Positions 8,701 to 23,700 of a stretch of 64,000 bases of DNA are shown piece by piece (position 1 is the first letter of the stretch; each line of letters starts with the position of its first letter). This DNA is from Lineus longissimus (lineage: Eukaryota). Where the stretch lies: the NCBI RefSeq assembly GCF_910592395.1, contig NC_088308.1:1116001-1180000 (forward strand). The letters run 5' to 3'. Both the position numbers and the translations under genes were made by a program. The notes beneath the pieces are model-generated. The model did not search any database, was not told the DNA's origin, and saw nothing but the letters and a program-made list of their open reading frames with translations.

Positions 8701-11700
8701 GAATCCAAGACGCAGCATTCTGTTCAAAACTATCTATTGTATTTTTCATCGAGGTTATTAAAGACATTTTCTTCCAAAATTTTGCGTAAAATTTTGTAGT
8801 GTGGTCAAGAATTTGAAAGAAGAAGATAGAATCAGATACAAAATTCGAGCTTTGAATCATTCCACATTGGATATTGACCTCATCTCTGTAAGGTAAGTCG
8901 GTTTCTGTTATCATATGTCCCACATCAGAATATTTGTAAGCAACCAATCGGATCATTCTTATGAAGTGCATTGACAACTCTCATGACCGTGTCAAATCCC
9001 CAAGGTAGCTCTCTCACGCCTCACCTCCAAAGGATTGAGCCAGACCATTATCATTCACCTGCTGCATAAGAAAATGTCGCTTGATAAAAACAATGCCAGG
9101 CAGATGACTGAACAGCAGAGAGAAGCTCAAGGGAAATCAATGCTGTAGTCAGTCGTCTCAACCTCACGTGGGGTGTATGTGGAAAGTATTCCTTGCAATA
9201 GTTGACACTTCGTGGATGGACAATTTTGCTTACACATTCAGAACAAACATGATACAGCACTAGAGCTGACTATTTCTTGCAAGGGTTGAGCTTGGAGGAG
9301 ACATTTCTGATGGCTATCAAAATAAGAGCGCTCCCTGTAAATTGTTCTCTGTCCACTTGTCCAAGCCTCACCAACAGGTGAAACTGGTAACCTTAACACC
9401 AGGTTAATGGAATGATAACCTACATTAACCTATCACAAAGATCATCACTTGTTTAGAATAGAAAGAAAGAGGAGCATTCACAGAATATCTCTGTCTATTG
9501 GCTGTAAAGTTGTTTACAGGTATGCTAGGGCTTGTTTATTCTCTTTAATTATCAGGTATAGCAACTGAAGCTGTCCATGGTCAATCAAACCAATAGTCTT
9601 AACTGGCATATTTCCCCACCGTGGCATTTTTAACGATTCTCCAATTGCTTTACTTTTTTTCATTTCTCACTTCAAGCTGAGTTAGATATTTTCAACAAGA
9701 TATAAGGCAAATAACTATTGAAACGTACGCCCCACTGTGGGCATGGATTTGGAAGACAAATATGAAAGCTGAGCCTGGTGCAACAGGTAACACAGTTTGG
9801 AAGGGCACCTCCCCAACTCTCCTACCATTCCTTATTGAGCTGTTTCCTGTATTCAAGTAGTTATATGATGGTGAGGTTTTACCTTCACAGATCAGATGAT
9901 ATAAACTTGTTACAAGAGACTTTCCACAAACTGAGTCTCAGTGTCAAGATTGCTGATAAGCTCTCTCAGTGTGGTTGAGAAAGATGAATCCCTCAGCTTT
10001 GGTTAGCAATTCCTTCCTTGAATTGCTGCCCAGACTCCTCACCAGTGAGTGGGCCACGTGTTTGATTGAAAGATGCAACTGGTCTTGGTTGTGATTGATT
10101 ATAAAAGTGTAGGAGGCAATTAGAGCAATCTGTTCACTTCCTCTTCCTTGGCATGATGGATTAGCTCCTGTCAGAGTGAATACAGCCATCTAATTGGTAT
10201 TAACTAACAAACCAATTTAAGTTGTAGTGGGTTCTTCATTTGATTCTGTGAGTAGTGGGTTAACAGAGATGGCACTGCAGAGATGATACCTTTCGGCACA
10301 GCAGTGGAATATCTCGACACTGCTACTTCAGGAGAGGAAATGACTCCCTCAACTCAAAGGTGTGTCACTCTCTATAGACTGGATGCCATTAAAAGCATGT
10401 TAGCAGCACAAAACCTCACCTCAACACTCATAACTTGGATGTAACCATGCTGAAGGTTTCAATTCTCGTCCTCGCCAGTCCGGCCATGTTTGAGTTTACC
10501 TCCGACAGCAGGAGTAATCAATGTGAGTGGCTGGTGTACCTAGTCTCATATTTCACATATATTGACAACCAAGGACTCGATGCTGTTTGCCTACTTCCCA
10601 TATTTACTATTGTTCATTTGGTAATCAAGTGGGCACATGACAAGCCATAACTCAATTATATTATTGTTCTTCTGACCATGAACAATCTGCTGAAGTAGGC
10701 GTACATGCACCAACGAATCAGAACTGAATCTAATGATGACACAGAAAGTGTTTGCCATATGCAGTTACTGATGACCATGATGACCAGGAAGATAGAGCAG
10801 TAGAGATGCTTGTCAGTGTCATAGCAGTCGCAATACTTTAAAACAAGTAATTGGGTTATGTTTATGACAGTTATATTTTTGCAATTTGGGAGGCAAATTT
10901 TAACACAAAACTTGCTAAAATTTCATTTCTAATGCATTTAACCAGTCAATTTGACCAAAACATGGACTTGCTACATGAAACAAAGAAGTGAACAAATCTG
11001 CAAACCTTTGGCTGGCAACATTCCTGCCTTCCTACATGCACTGGATTAGTTAGCTCATTCTGTCGGTGTGGCATCATAAACCTCTCATTTGTCACGATAC
11101 TGATGGTCTCAAGTGTGTAAGCGACTCTGTCTTTGAAGCCAAGCTAAAGATACCACAGTTCTAGTGCCTATCAGTCACAGGGAAGACCCAAGTGCCTATT
11201 TTTAAAACGCATTGTCCAGAAAGAATACAACTTAACCGCTTCCTTCACAGGTTATGTCAGACCAATTACCATCAAATTTGTCCCTCGGTCACCAAAATGT
11301 CCTATCAACTGTGGGACAAGTGGGACAAGATGGTCAACTTTGACGGGGTGCCGCCGTTCACAGATGTTTGCCATATCATCCAAGCCCATTCAGGAGAACA
11401 CCATTAGATTATCAACAAAGTGGACTTAAACGTGGTTTAAAGTGAAAAGTAAACTGATTTATTTCAAAGGAAAACTTGGATTTTCTTCATGTGCATTATA
11501 CACACTAATGCAGCTTCATGCAGTTGCAGACAATGTTGTTAATTCTGTTTATTCTGACCAGCTTTCGCCCTCTGAATGCTATCAGATTGACAGCGCTATG
11601 TTTGCACAAACTTGCTGGAACATGGATTTAAAGCGAATAGTCAACAGAGCCATTCATATAGAATGTTGGAGTTTTGTAAGGGACAGTGTTCATATCATAA

Positions 11701-14700
11701 TGATGCATCAGAAGTTATGCCAATGCACGCTTTTTTGATCAGGTATCATAAAGTAAACAATTTTTTTTGTCAAAGACTGCCTAGTGCAAGGATGAATGTG
11801 CCCCCCCCCCCTCCCCACACAAAACATTGAGAAGATCCACACAAAGACGTAAACCAACTTGCATCATTAGCCAATCATCGATATTGTCAATAGCAAAAGC
11901 CACAGCACCATACGTTACTTCTTTAGGACATGTCTTTATTTTGACATGAATTGTGAGAAACCTGCCTAAGTTTGGTCAACATTAGCCACACAACAGCCGG
12001 GAAATTGGCACTTGAGAGAAACATATTATTAGTCAACAGAAGAAAAAGAATGGTGGAATTAAAAATAAAACGGTCGATTAGCATTCATGCGTTTTGGCCG
12101 TGTGGTCATCTGTCATCACTTGATGGCCACCTGGTGACACACCAAGCCAGCTAACATGAGAAAGTCCACGCTAGCAGTCACAGACACTGGTCCTCTAACG
12201 CACCAGTCAATAACAAAAGTGGATTTTGATGCTTTCCTGAGCGAAGACATCATAAAAGTAAATTTGGATGCACAAAGAGTAAATGCTTGATTTCCCAGGT
12301 GAGATTGTTCATGTAAGGTTTGGATGAGGCGTGCAGCTTGGTTAGAGGGGGAGGGGTGGCACCTTTCTAATGGCTTGGGACTGACATTCTCCAAGTGAAT
12401 CGCTTTGCATAAGAACTTGTGACAACCAAATACGGCAAGCTAAATTTGTAATAAAGATACTTGTGAAGAGCTTGCATGCCATTTCTGTTTTTCATTTCAC
12501 CACTGTGCAGAAAGTGACATCTGAAATACCCAGTGACTATGTGGCTTAAGTAACAACCATGTCATTTCAGCTAGCTACATTGTAAGATTGAGATTAGTTC
12601 CAATTAACCGTAATATTGTGAAATACTCACAAGCGTATCGAGTAATCCAAATATAGTTACCATTCATTGGAAGAAAGAAGGAAAATGGACTGAAATCATG
12701 TAATAGGAAAGGCACTGTTGACGCAAAACAGCACCAAAGTGATTGACTTATGGAACTCTAGCTTTTCTATTCATTGCAATATCGGTGATAAGATTTTCTG
12801 GACGGTATTTAATATGCCTCGGCGGATATCAAGGAAACTGGCATTGATTGTGTAAGAGGAAAAGAAATAAGAGGCATTAATGTTGTTGAGCATTGAAAAG
12901 GTCAAATGTTTTTGGGGACCTTTTTTGATTTGAGTGGAGCATGTTCTTTACATGGTACAAATATTCGATCAAGAATCAGATTTGTGCAGTATTTCCTCAG
13001 CTTGTTAGATGACGAGCTACTCCGTGTTCCACAGAATGTTTCGCCAGCTCGCTAAAAACACATATTGTAATTAGGCATCTCAGAAAACATTGATCTCAAG
13101 GTTCACATTAAGGTAATATGTCTCTGCACCTGCCCCCATCTCGAGAGGCAGGTCGCCCCAATCAGCCGACCAACATATTGTATTTTCAGCCTCCAAAAGG
13201 CCAGGGGTTTATGAGTGGGTTCCCAACGTCTGATCTTACTGGAGTCTTCAGATCACATCATGGTATGGCAAGTAATGTGACGTCTCTTTTACAAAGATGA
13301 CAAGCGTACAAAGTAGGTTGCTACCTGATGATATAACCTGGAGAAAGCAAAGTTCTCTGGACCTATCAGAAAGCAACTATGATGACATATCAAACGCAAC
13401 CCTTAATTAGGGAGACGGGCCGTTGTCTTGTGACAGCTAGGAGACCAGGAAGCCTGGGGTTGGGATACAGATAACTTTGGCATGATTGGTGAAGTTCAGA
13501 GACGGTTATTGTTTTTCAGGATATGGGTCATTAAGCAGCTCCAAACCAGAAAACACTAGAGGCATATTCAGATAAACACTCCCTATTAATCTGTCAGGAG
13601 ATGTTCTTTGGTGGTGGGTATAGACATAATATTTGGTCTCGAAGACATATTCTGTTAGGCCATGTTTGTCTCATGAGACTGAGAGGTGAAATAGCTTATC
13701 CTAGATGTTACATGACAGGCCTAAACAAAATGGTTTTATTCGTTGAAAAAAACTCCTAGGTTACGAAATGCTGAGTAAACAGGAATGGGTCTGAGGTGAA
13801 TGGAATATATGATGTGGACATAAAGATGCCCCACATAGATTGACTACTGTATTCTGCTGTCTGTGGCAATCACACCCGAGATATTGAACACGACAGGAAG
13901 ACTATTTGACAGATGGACCCGCTGAATATAGTAGTCTGCCAGAAAGGGGTATAGGAACGACCAAGGGTAAGAGAGATTAGGAAGCTGGGTCGTATTTATT
14001 AATGTCTTGGAGGTAGTGCTACATGATGCTGTGATTGAATGCTCGGCTGGACACACACTAGGTGTTTTGGAAGGGCCGTCCCGAGTAACACCAGGCCAGG
14101 ACTCGTCCCAATGATCCAAGGATGATAAATGTGCCACAGGCTTGACAAAATACTGGTTTTGTGCTTATATCTTAGCCAGTTCAGCCAGTCTAGGTCCACT
14201 TGTCCCCACTGGACTAAGACATGTATATTTGAACAACACAAGTGTACACTAGTTAGACAAACACAGCCTGCTCATTCCCAAGTCTATCCAAATGTCCAGG
14301 CGCACCAATTATAATGACACAAAAAAATGTAAAAATTTTACCCAAATATACCAAGGGCCAACAAGTCTGGATTTAAATGTAGGCAAACATTAGAACAATA
14401 TATCAAGTTTGATTGTCTGCCAATGAAAGCACAACACTTGATCATAACTGGCGCACTTTAGGCTAAAACCAAAACACAAATAACAAACTTCAAACGGCTA
14501 ATGCTGTTAAATAAAGGAAACTAACCACAAGACACCAATATCAATTTACTTTAGTATTTTTTCTGACCAGTTGACCTGTGTTTTGTGTGTCTAATAAAGC
14601 TAATGATATGTTTAGGATATGAAGCTCAAACACTGCACACCAGGGGAACCAGGATAATGCATACAGCCTTCCAATCTGGCAGGACTAGGGTTTACAACAC

Positions 14701-17700
14701 ATCGCTACAGGGGGCCCATGATAATTATCTATCGATTATGGGGTGGGTTCATGAAGTTTGTGGACAAACTATACCCATCAATAGCAGGCACAGGATTCCA
14801 CTTCCAATTGATAAATAGTCTCGGCAGGGTGTTAGGAGAAATAATCCACATCGCCTGAGTTCTCGGATAGGCGGATGTGAGATTGAAAGTCTGTGAGTGT
14901 GCCTGCCCAGTGACAAAGTTTGGACTATCCCACGAAGGAAGAGAGACACCCACGTCAGCAAGGGGTGAGTATACCCTTTAGATCACAACCCTGTCACGCA
15001 TGTAAACAAACTTTCTGCCAGTTCTCAGCCGGGGAAAACATTCAGGGTTCAACAGGTGCAGCAACAGGTGCAGACCCAGCACCTCAAACCTTTGGGGTTC
15101 TTTTCATTCATCTTCAATACTGACATAAGCTGCGCTTACACCACGAAATATTGGTGGACCAATTGCACTTACACCACCACATTGCCGCGACAAATTGGTT
15201 CGGCAATCCATTGCCGATACAAATTGCCGAGCGAATTTGTCCCACCAAGCTTGATGGTCCAAATTCGCCCGGCTTGTTAAAAGCTCGGCTTTGTCGTGGT
15301 GTAAGCGCAAATGGATCGGCAATTAGCTAGTTAGATGGTTCGGCTCCAGGCGGCGCTTTCGAAATGGCGCTTTCTGCCAAGGCTTTCCGCGTTCTGCTTA
15401 TTGTTTGCGCGCCATCTGTAGCCGGATTTTATAACTAGCTGCAGCGCTGGTGTAAGCGCTTGGTGGATTTTCGATGGTGCGGCATTGGTTCCCGAACCAA
15501 GATTGGTGGTCCATTTTCAGGTGGTGTAAGTGCGGCTATTCTTTCTGGCACACACCATTGCATTTCTGATAATTTGCTTCTCTTATAACTTGCATTGGCT
15601 TTTGCAGGTCAAAACATGTGGCCCCATCTGAAGATTTAGAGCAAAATGGTATTTTCGTTTTCGTTCGTATTGGGACACCCTGTGTATTGCCTTTTATAAA
15701 CGATCCATTACAGCACTTCTCAATAAACACATGCCAACAACACAACAAATAGTTCATAATAAATTACTCATATAATCATTAACGATTTGAGGAAATGATT
15801 TCTCCATCATGGGTTATTACGCATGCAGATGAGAGTGAGAACTGCCGCTGAGGTGAGAGTGAGAGTTGCCAATTTCAGTGGCAGCAATCTTTTGACTGTT
15901 CCAATCTTCTAGCAATAGCACTTGGCAGTAAAGAGATGCAACACCCTACTTTTCAGGCCTGTAGCCAGCACTTTCTTCATGGGGGCAGAACACCTCTTTT
16001 CTCTTTTGTCCTTGGTCAGTTTTGACTCTCGGGGGGGGGGGGGGGGGGGGCAAATTTGAAAACATTGGTGACAAAAACCCCAGTAATCTACGAGCCAAAT
16101 GAAAGCCCATATTAAGTCAACTTACAAGGGACACCAACAATACAATATCCCAATCATTCAATTATAAAGAATGGTGTTAGTTTTATCAATCGCCTCCAGT
16201 CCAAATGTTGACATTTTCCCAGGCCAAGCTGACTTCCTCCTCCACAGGGATTATTTCAAACATAATACACCAACAAAAGATATTAATATGTGACTTTAAT
16301 CCAATATGAAATATTTTTCCACATGACTAAAAAGCTTATGCTAAGATGATCAAAGTTGTTTTAGAAATATGGCTTGATCGTTCCAATGCCTGAGAACAAA
16401 ATAGTTTGAAAAGTGGGAATGAGACATTTCAGTCTACAGGTTTATAATTGAGTTACTCTTCTGAAAAAAAATTCAACTTTAAACTCTCAGTTCATTCCTT
16501 TTTCAAATTTGAAGAAAAAACACCTCAAGTTTCCCGTTTTAGTAACCACAACAACAATAACAGCAATAATTTGAAGTGAGAGTCAGCATTGGTTTGAAAA
16601 CCAATTTGCATAATCTTCGAAAGATTAGGAGCGGTACATAATCCACCTGTTCTTGCTCTTTCATCAAAACATCCAAGTTAGGTCATTGGTTCACTGAAAC
16701 CTGAGGACTCCTATCAACAAGACAGGGCATATCAAGAGAGATTAGGCACAGGCATACAAGATCAGTATTAACAGTTACCATGGACCTCTCTCTTTCAATT
16801 TTAAATTCAATCCATTTCAAAATGAATCACCTTCACCTTGCATGTGCACTGAAAACTCAAAGCTGAAAAGAGCATGAAAATCGAACTATGCATCTCAACC
16901 TTATTGTGCGAGGAGAAATATCCTGGAATTCTTTTTGCTTGGCCCTTAGAATAACAGGCCACACTGCAGGCGACCTTTCATCTTCTCCACAGCACTAACG
17001 GGCTAAGTCACAAACCTCGTTTGCCTAATTAACAGGTCTTTCTCCCCTAATCATCCAAATCTTACCCCTATGATCCAAGCTCCATGCAGATTAGACCACA
17101 TAAAACCTTAGTAAAACATTTGTCTTCTTCTTAAATCTTAAGCTAATCTTTTGAAATATTCAGATTATACGCAATTCATGTCCACTATGGGCCAAGTTAA
17201 CACCTCAGAGATTCCACCTCTTGATAATCCAACAATCCGTCCACAACGGGTCTTAAAGTCGCTAAATCTTTTGTGAAAAGACGACAATCCTATCAAAGCA
17301 GGCTCAAATGGGCAATTTATATCATAGGATACCAGTCGAGTTAGATAACGGGACCTTTGACAGGCCAACTCTGACGCAATCCCGTGATCACTCAAGCAAC
17401 AAGTGGCATTATGGCAAACCTGTAATTCTTCCACCAAGTTCGCTAATGTACGGCTATGGTGACATTTCGTTTTTGTGTTTTCGTCTGGTTATCATGGCCA
17501 GCTTCTTGTAAGGTGCATCTGAGGGGTGAGTACATGAATAGAGTGGAGTTTATGGAATTAACCCGAAGGTAGAGGTGCGGTTATTTGCGATACAAGTCCA
17601 TGTCTTTGGACACAGTCTGATAACCAACATTAACTCTGATGAACAAATATACAAAACTTGTAATATTCAAAGTCAAACTGTAGCAGAAAAGGAGGAAATA

Positions 17701-20700
17701 TCACAGCAATATACATATTTTAACTCTTGCCACTCCGAGGCCTCCAGCTAGGCGCTCCAGCTGCTATATCAACCAGACAGCATGGCCTTAGCTATAATAT
17801 CACACGCCAGGTTGCCAAGAGACAACGCCCACTGCGATATATGCAGCATAAAATGCTCAAGTGAGACAGGCCTTTACGCACTGGCTGTTCTTGAACCCAT
17901 GTGATAAGTTAAGCACTCCATGTCACCACTATCACAACAGCTGGAAGACACAACCCTGAACAAAGCCATCCCATTGTCATCCTCCTTTCATTCTAATGAT
18001 CCCCTCAGGCCGTTTGATTCCTCCGACAGATAACTTAGATGATCCTGGCTATTTCGGACTATCAAACAATCAGTGACATGACTGCCACTGTCACCAACAA
18101 CTTTCGTTGTCTCACAAACATTGAAGATGGCACATTGTCCATCTTCACCCACCGATAATAGCGGCGATCACCCCACGTCACTCGTCGGCCATCTTGCGGC
18201 CAGGCTAATAATTGGCGGAGATGCGTATCTCTTTTAGAAGATCAGTATCTCGTTCATGGTCCTGTTAGAACATACGTCACATGGTCTTTCTCCACGTCTG
18301 CTAGACCTGCCCATCATTGCTATTGACAACCTGCTCTTAAAGAACTGACCAGCCAAATGAACACGGCAATAAAAAGTTATTCTTGAAGCACTTCTTTACA
18401 GCACTGAATCATGGCTGGGTTATTTTTGAAGTCTTACAATGCTGCAGCTATCAATAAAGTTGACGTCTTGAGAAGAAATACACCATAAGTTATCCTGGGT
18501 CAGGTGTGAAAGGCAGGCTGAGTCTTGAGGACTAGAGAGGAGATAGTCATCTCATTCAGGCTTTGCTGAGAAACACATGCCATACAGAGAGCCAGATGTC
18601 ATCTTGAGAGACCACAAGGGCTTGCCTTAGCCACTTTAATACCTGGCTGAAAGCATTATTAACAAACTTATGAAAAGTGCATTTTGATTGTGAATCTGTC
18701 ACAGTTTGGAAACTTGTCTATTAGTGATCACCATTAGAGGTTGTGTTTAGACACTTGTTTTACCAGTAATAGCAAGAAAGTTAGCTGTTGACTCAACAAA
18801 AATATGTTTTAATGGCAAATCTGTCGCAACTATTGTTATCAAGGATGTCAGCCAAGTTGCCATTTTGGTTTGGCTCATGATATTTCCACAGTTTGACATC
18901 TTACAAGAAGTTATGGTTGAGTCAATACACTCCATCATGTCAGCCAACTTCATCGGAGCTTTAAACATATCAGAACCTTTTGGGTGTAATAACGTTCCTG
19001 AGAGATTACCAGCCATATTGACTGAAATCAGCATTGTTCCCTTAGCGCACAAAGGATTCACAGACTCCATTAAATGTTACTATATTTCTCCCCGTGATTC
19101 ATCTTATGTCACCCACAGGGTCTAAGTCTCTATCTTCAGTGAACTAGCCATGAACCTTACATCAAAATCTTCGCCTAATATGCAGTTTGTCTGTTTGTAT
19201 TGCGATTATGATATCGCACTGGGCATCTACTTCAATTTTCCATTTAGTTATTAGTTGAGAGATGTTGGTTCGATCGCCATGATCGTGCAGCTACTACAAA
19301 GGTCCAGCTTGGACAGATTCATGTAGAAACAACACCAGGACACAGTGAAGGAAGACTTCTCATACCATTCTCCCCACAGCAATCAATTCTCGTCCAAGGA
19401 GTAATGACCGAGTCCACAACAGGATCATGAAGAACTGTGAATTGTTTATTTCTTCCTTTCCAAGTTATGCCTCATGTGTCTCTGCGCTTATTAACAAAAT
19501 CCAACCCATCTGAAATATTGAAGCTGTCTGTGTATCACACCTCCACTACAAAGCCATCAAAACCTCGTTAGTCATCATTTAGACAAACAAGCCATTACAG
19601 CCATGATATCCATATATATTTCTAATATTTGACTAGACGCAATCTATGGAATTGAATGAGACATTTCAATCAGACTGCTGGCATAATATATGTCAATGGT
19701 CTGGGAAAGCATCTGTCATGAATTGAGTTGATTGATTCTGAAATTAGCTTTTACTATTTGGAAACAACAGCTTCTCATGGCATTCCTCCGGCATATTTTT
19801 TCTGAGGCATCAGAGTGGTCCTCAAATAAATATTGAGGAGACAAGAGCCTTGGGGATCACAGGACATACCCAAGAAGCTGAAGACTTGAGATTTGACCTT
19901 TTTGATTATTGGCAAATTGAAGTCTTTGATCAGTGTGCCAATAAACTGGAATCACCATACTCATCGTCATGTGGCCTGATATTAGCACTTTTTCACATTC
20001 ATCTTCCAGTCTCTCGAGAATGATTTCACTCATTCATCATGTTTGATGGCGTGAAGTGAAGGATGCATTAAAAAAATGTTGCAGTATGCCGTAAAATGCA
20101 ACGCAATGATCGTCAATCTCACTAATCATTCTTAAACGATATGGTAAGATGTGATCAGCATTGATGGAGGGCAAGCGAGGATGAGGAAGTTTGGCAAGGA
20201 TAATTCTAAAACAGTCGCCAGTTCTCAAATTTGCAGTGATTCATCTTGGCCAAAGCAAGACTCGAACTGGTCCAGAAAAGAGCCCCCCCTGTTTGCCCCA
20301 CCCTTCAAGCCCATGGAAGAGTTGAACCTGTATGCCTCTCCATATAATAATACTAATGCTACACTACATGCTGGGTTGCAAGAGAAAGAAACTAAAGATC
20401 AATGCTCATAAAGAACACAACTATATGCCAGAGTTTTCTCAACTGGGTAATAACTGTCAATAATTGATGAGATGGATGTGATTGATTGGGGCCTATTGTA
20501 GAATGGGCAAAATAGGTACCGTGTTGGTCTTCAGGGCCAGGGTAGTACCTGATGACACAGAGCCAACAGGCCTTGAAAACCAAACCATGCAGTGCTCTAC
20601 TGGCAAACAGAACAGTACATTGCATGTATCAGTGCAGCTAATGTTTACAATGCATTGGAAGTGTGTACATAACAAGAGTCATATTGTATTTCAAATCAAT

Positions 20701-23700
20701 TACATGGACAAAGTCTTTAATCGCTGAATCACCCCAACATTTTTTAACAAAACAAATTATGTACAAGAGACTATTAAAACATGCATGACCCCTGATCAAT
20801 CTCATGGTTGGGGGTGCTTAGGCAGCAAATCTATCAATATTTAGAGGAGAGATCCCGGGTCTTTATCCACGATTACAACTTGAGGCATTCAGGCATTCAT
20901 GGTGTAACACAGGGGGGCTGGGACCATGTTATACAGATAGAATGAGGACATGAGTTTGTATGTGAAATCATATACAAATATGGATCACGAGGAAATGTTT
21001 GGAACTGTTTTATTTTTGATATTGAATATTGCAACCGCTGTTTATACTGTGTGCACTGAGATCTTTGCTGCGAAAAGTTGGTAATCATGCTTCAAAATGT
21101 GATCATGCAGAGAAATAGAATATCAGTTAGAATGACACACATCAGCTTCAAGCTTCTTCAGAAGGCAGGAAAACATTTTCAAAATCAAACATTCACTTAA
21201 CAAATCAAACAGAAAAATGTTGATCAAATATGTGTTTAGACTAAAAACCACACAATAGAAAAGTCAAAACCAAACAAACGAAAAACTCAAACAACCCTCA
21301 TGGTTTTTACCCAAGCGAACATTGAAGTCAATTTTGTCATACTAGATTCAAAACCGTTGCATACTTGATTCAAAACATGCCAACTGAACACCGCTTCAAG
21401 TGGATCACATCGGCCTCTTCTGTGTTGTATGTGCTCTTGAAGTAAGTAAAGTGGTAGGGGGGACCAGTGAAGTGGGGTCCAGGACGCGGGCCTGTAACAT
21501 GAGAACTCAGTCAAGGGCTGTCTGTACCAGGTAAAGCATTCAAACAATATGATGTAAGTGGGACAAGTTTGAAGCTTGTGCTGGTTGTGGTGGTCTTTGC
21601 CAGAAGCGAGTGAACATAAGTCAATGTTATGAAACATGTCTTTATTTGCCCTCTGTTTCCAAAGTGCAGAGGCCAATAAACTTGGGTGGCTTGTTATTTT
21701 CACCATTTTGCAGACTTTTCATACAGACTCAAAGGACTGCTGTCCTGCTGCCTTGGCATGGGTTCCTTGTCTTTTTATGGTCATTTTAGACTCAGCTTAA
21801 GAATAACCCATACTAACAAACCATTAGAATTGACCATGTTCTTCAAATCTAACACACACCTACGACAAGAGCAGGCCTCCAAAAATACCAACATGCCATC
21901 AAAGACGAACACCACACTGCAGGCACCAATACAATATTGTATCTGGGCTTGTCACTTCCAATAACATCTGAGATGGGAATGAACACATCAGGAACATCAC
22001 CATCAGCGGTCAGATCAGGGCCAAAGATCGGAGGTGGTGCCTTGTCATTGGGGGTTGTTAGCATATCCTTCTATAGGGACAGATGATCAACCTTTTATTG
22101 ATTGCCTATCATCCCTTGTCACTGACAGTACCTCTTATTGATATCTGTTGTCTCTGTTATCTACATGAGAAATGAGACTGGTTTCAAAGAAACCAAAACA
22201 AGATGGCTGGTTGAAGATTGAGCCGTCTTAACATCAAGTCATAATTCCGTGTGAAAAAATTAATGACTTGGAACTTTTTGATAGTTTATTCCTTATGAAA
22301 ATATTAGTGTTTTACAATGCAGTTGATACACACACATCTTTAAAGAGTGTCTGAGGCCCTAGCCAAAATAGTGAAGCTATTAAAATATATGTGACTATTT
22401 TCAATCAAAACATGACATCACATCAAAATGTTTTGCTTCATAAAGGCAATAAGGTTACAATCATATGCCATGAAAACCTTGCGGTTGGGAACTTGTCATT
22501 TTTGTGTATGTAAGTGCAGCAAACAACAGTTTTGGCAGTGACAAAACACTCGTTCTAATCCCAATGAACCTGAGTGCTGATTTTCCTCTTTTCTTCAAGT
22601 TCTGAAACTCTTCACAGTCGTGGGAACTTGGAAACAGTTTCAAAGTGAATAAGTTATTAGTGACAAGCAATGAAGGCGTCCATGAGCACCAAACTCAACA
22701 ACCTAATCCTTCAGCTCAGGGTCTCACTGCTACAAAGACCCCCTCCTATGACACAGTTAGTTAGTTGAAATTAAATAAGACCTTTACTCAACTGAGCGTA
22801 CCAATTCAAAATACATTGAATAGTTCGACTAGGCCTAAGCTAAACTTCTTAGCCGGATTTGAAATAACCACCACTAAAGCCTGGGAAAACAAGTTGACAC
22901 AGTAGAACATGCCCCAACACCAGACAATATGGTACCTATATTACTTCTCTACGGATTATTAAGTCTTTTCTTAACAAATTATAAAACTGCTAATTCACAG
23001 AGTGTAACTTGTTGACAAATTATCTTCATATTATTATCACGGTGGGTGTAATATTGTTATAGTTTCTTCAATTATGCTCTGGCTGTTTTTCCAGGGATAT
23101 TAGAATTATAAATTATGTTATTTTATTGCTCTTCATGCAGTGATTTGTAAACAAGGTGTGATATCTTACAGGTTGTTCATGTTTTATCTTTCCAGCAAAC
23201 TGATCAGCACTAACAAGGACTACGGGTCGATTTTTCGATGAAACAGTTTCTTCAAATAATTGACGGGTAAGTACTGCTGCGAAATTTAATGCAAAGAGCA
23301 AGTTCAGTGAATTCATTTTTATGGAAAAATTTACTTTAGGTGAATAACCCATTCTGATAACTATGTACACAGTTGTAGAAATGCTCTATGTACACCCTCA
23401 AGACTGACAAATACTGTACTTGAGAGGTCAAATTGAGTGAAAATGGCCAATTTGGCACCAAAAGCAGTCTCCCTATTAGACAGAGTGTCTTGAAAGCTTT
23501 TTTCAAAGTTGCTCTAGAAAAACTCCAGGCAATTTTCTGCATAGGCAAACACCAGTAACCCACAAGTCAATTCAATTTAGTAAAACAACAATAAAACAAA
23601 CACAATATCCTGTGCACATTGGGGCAGCCGCAGTTAGCGATATCTCAGGTCGATCTTATCAACAAACTCATAAAATCGACTGAAATATGATAATTGTGGA

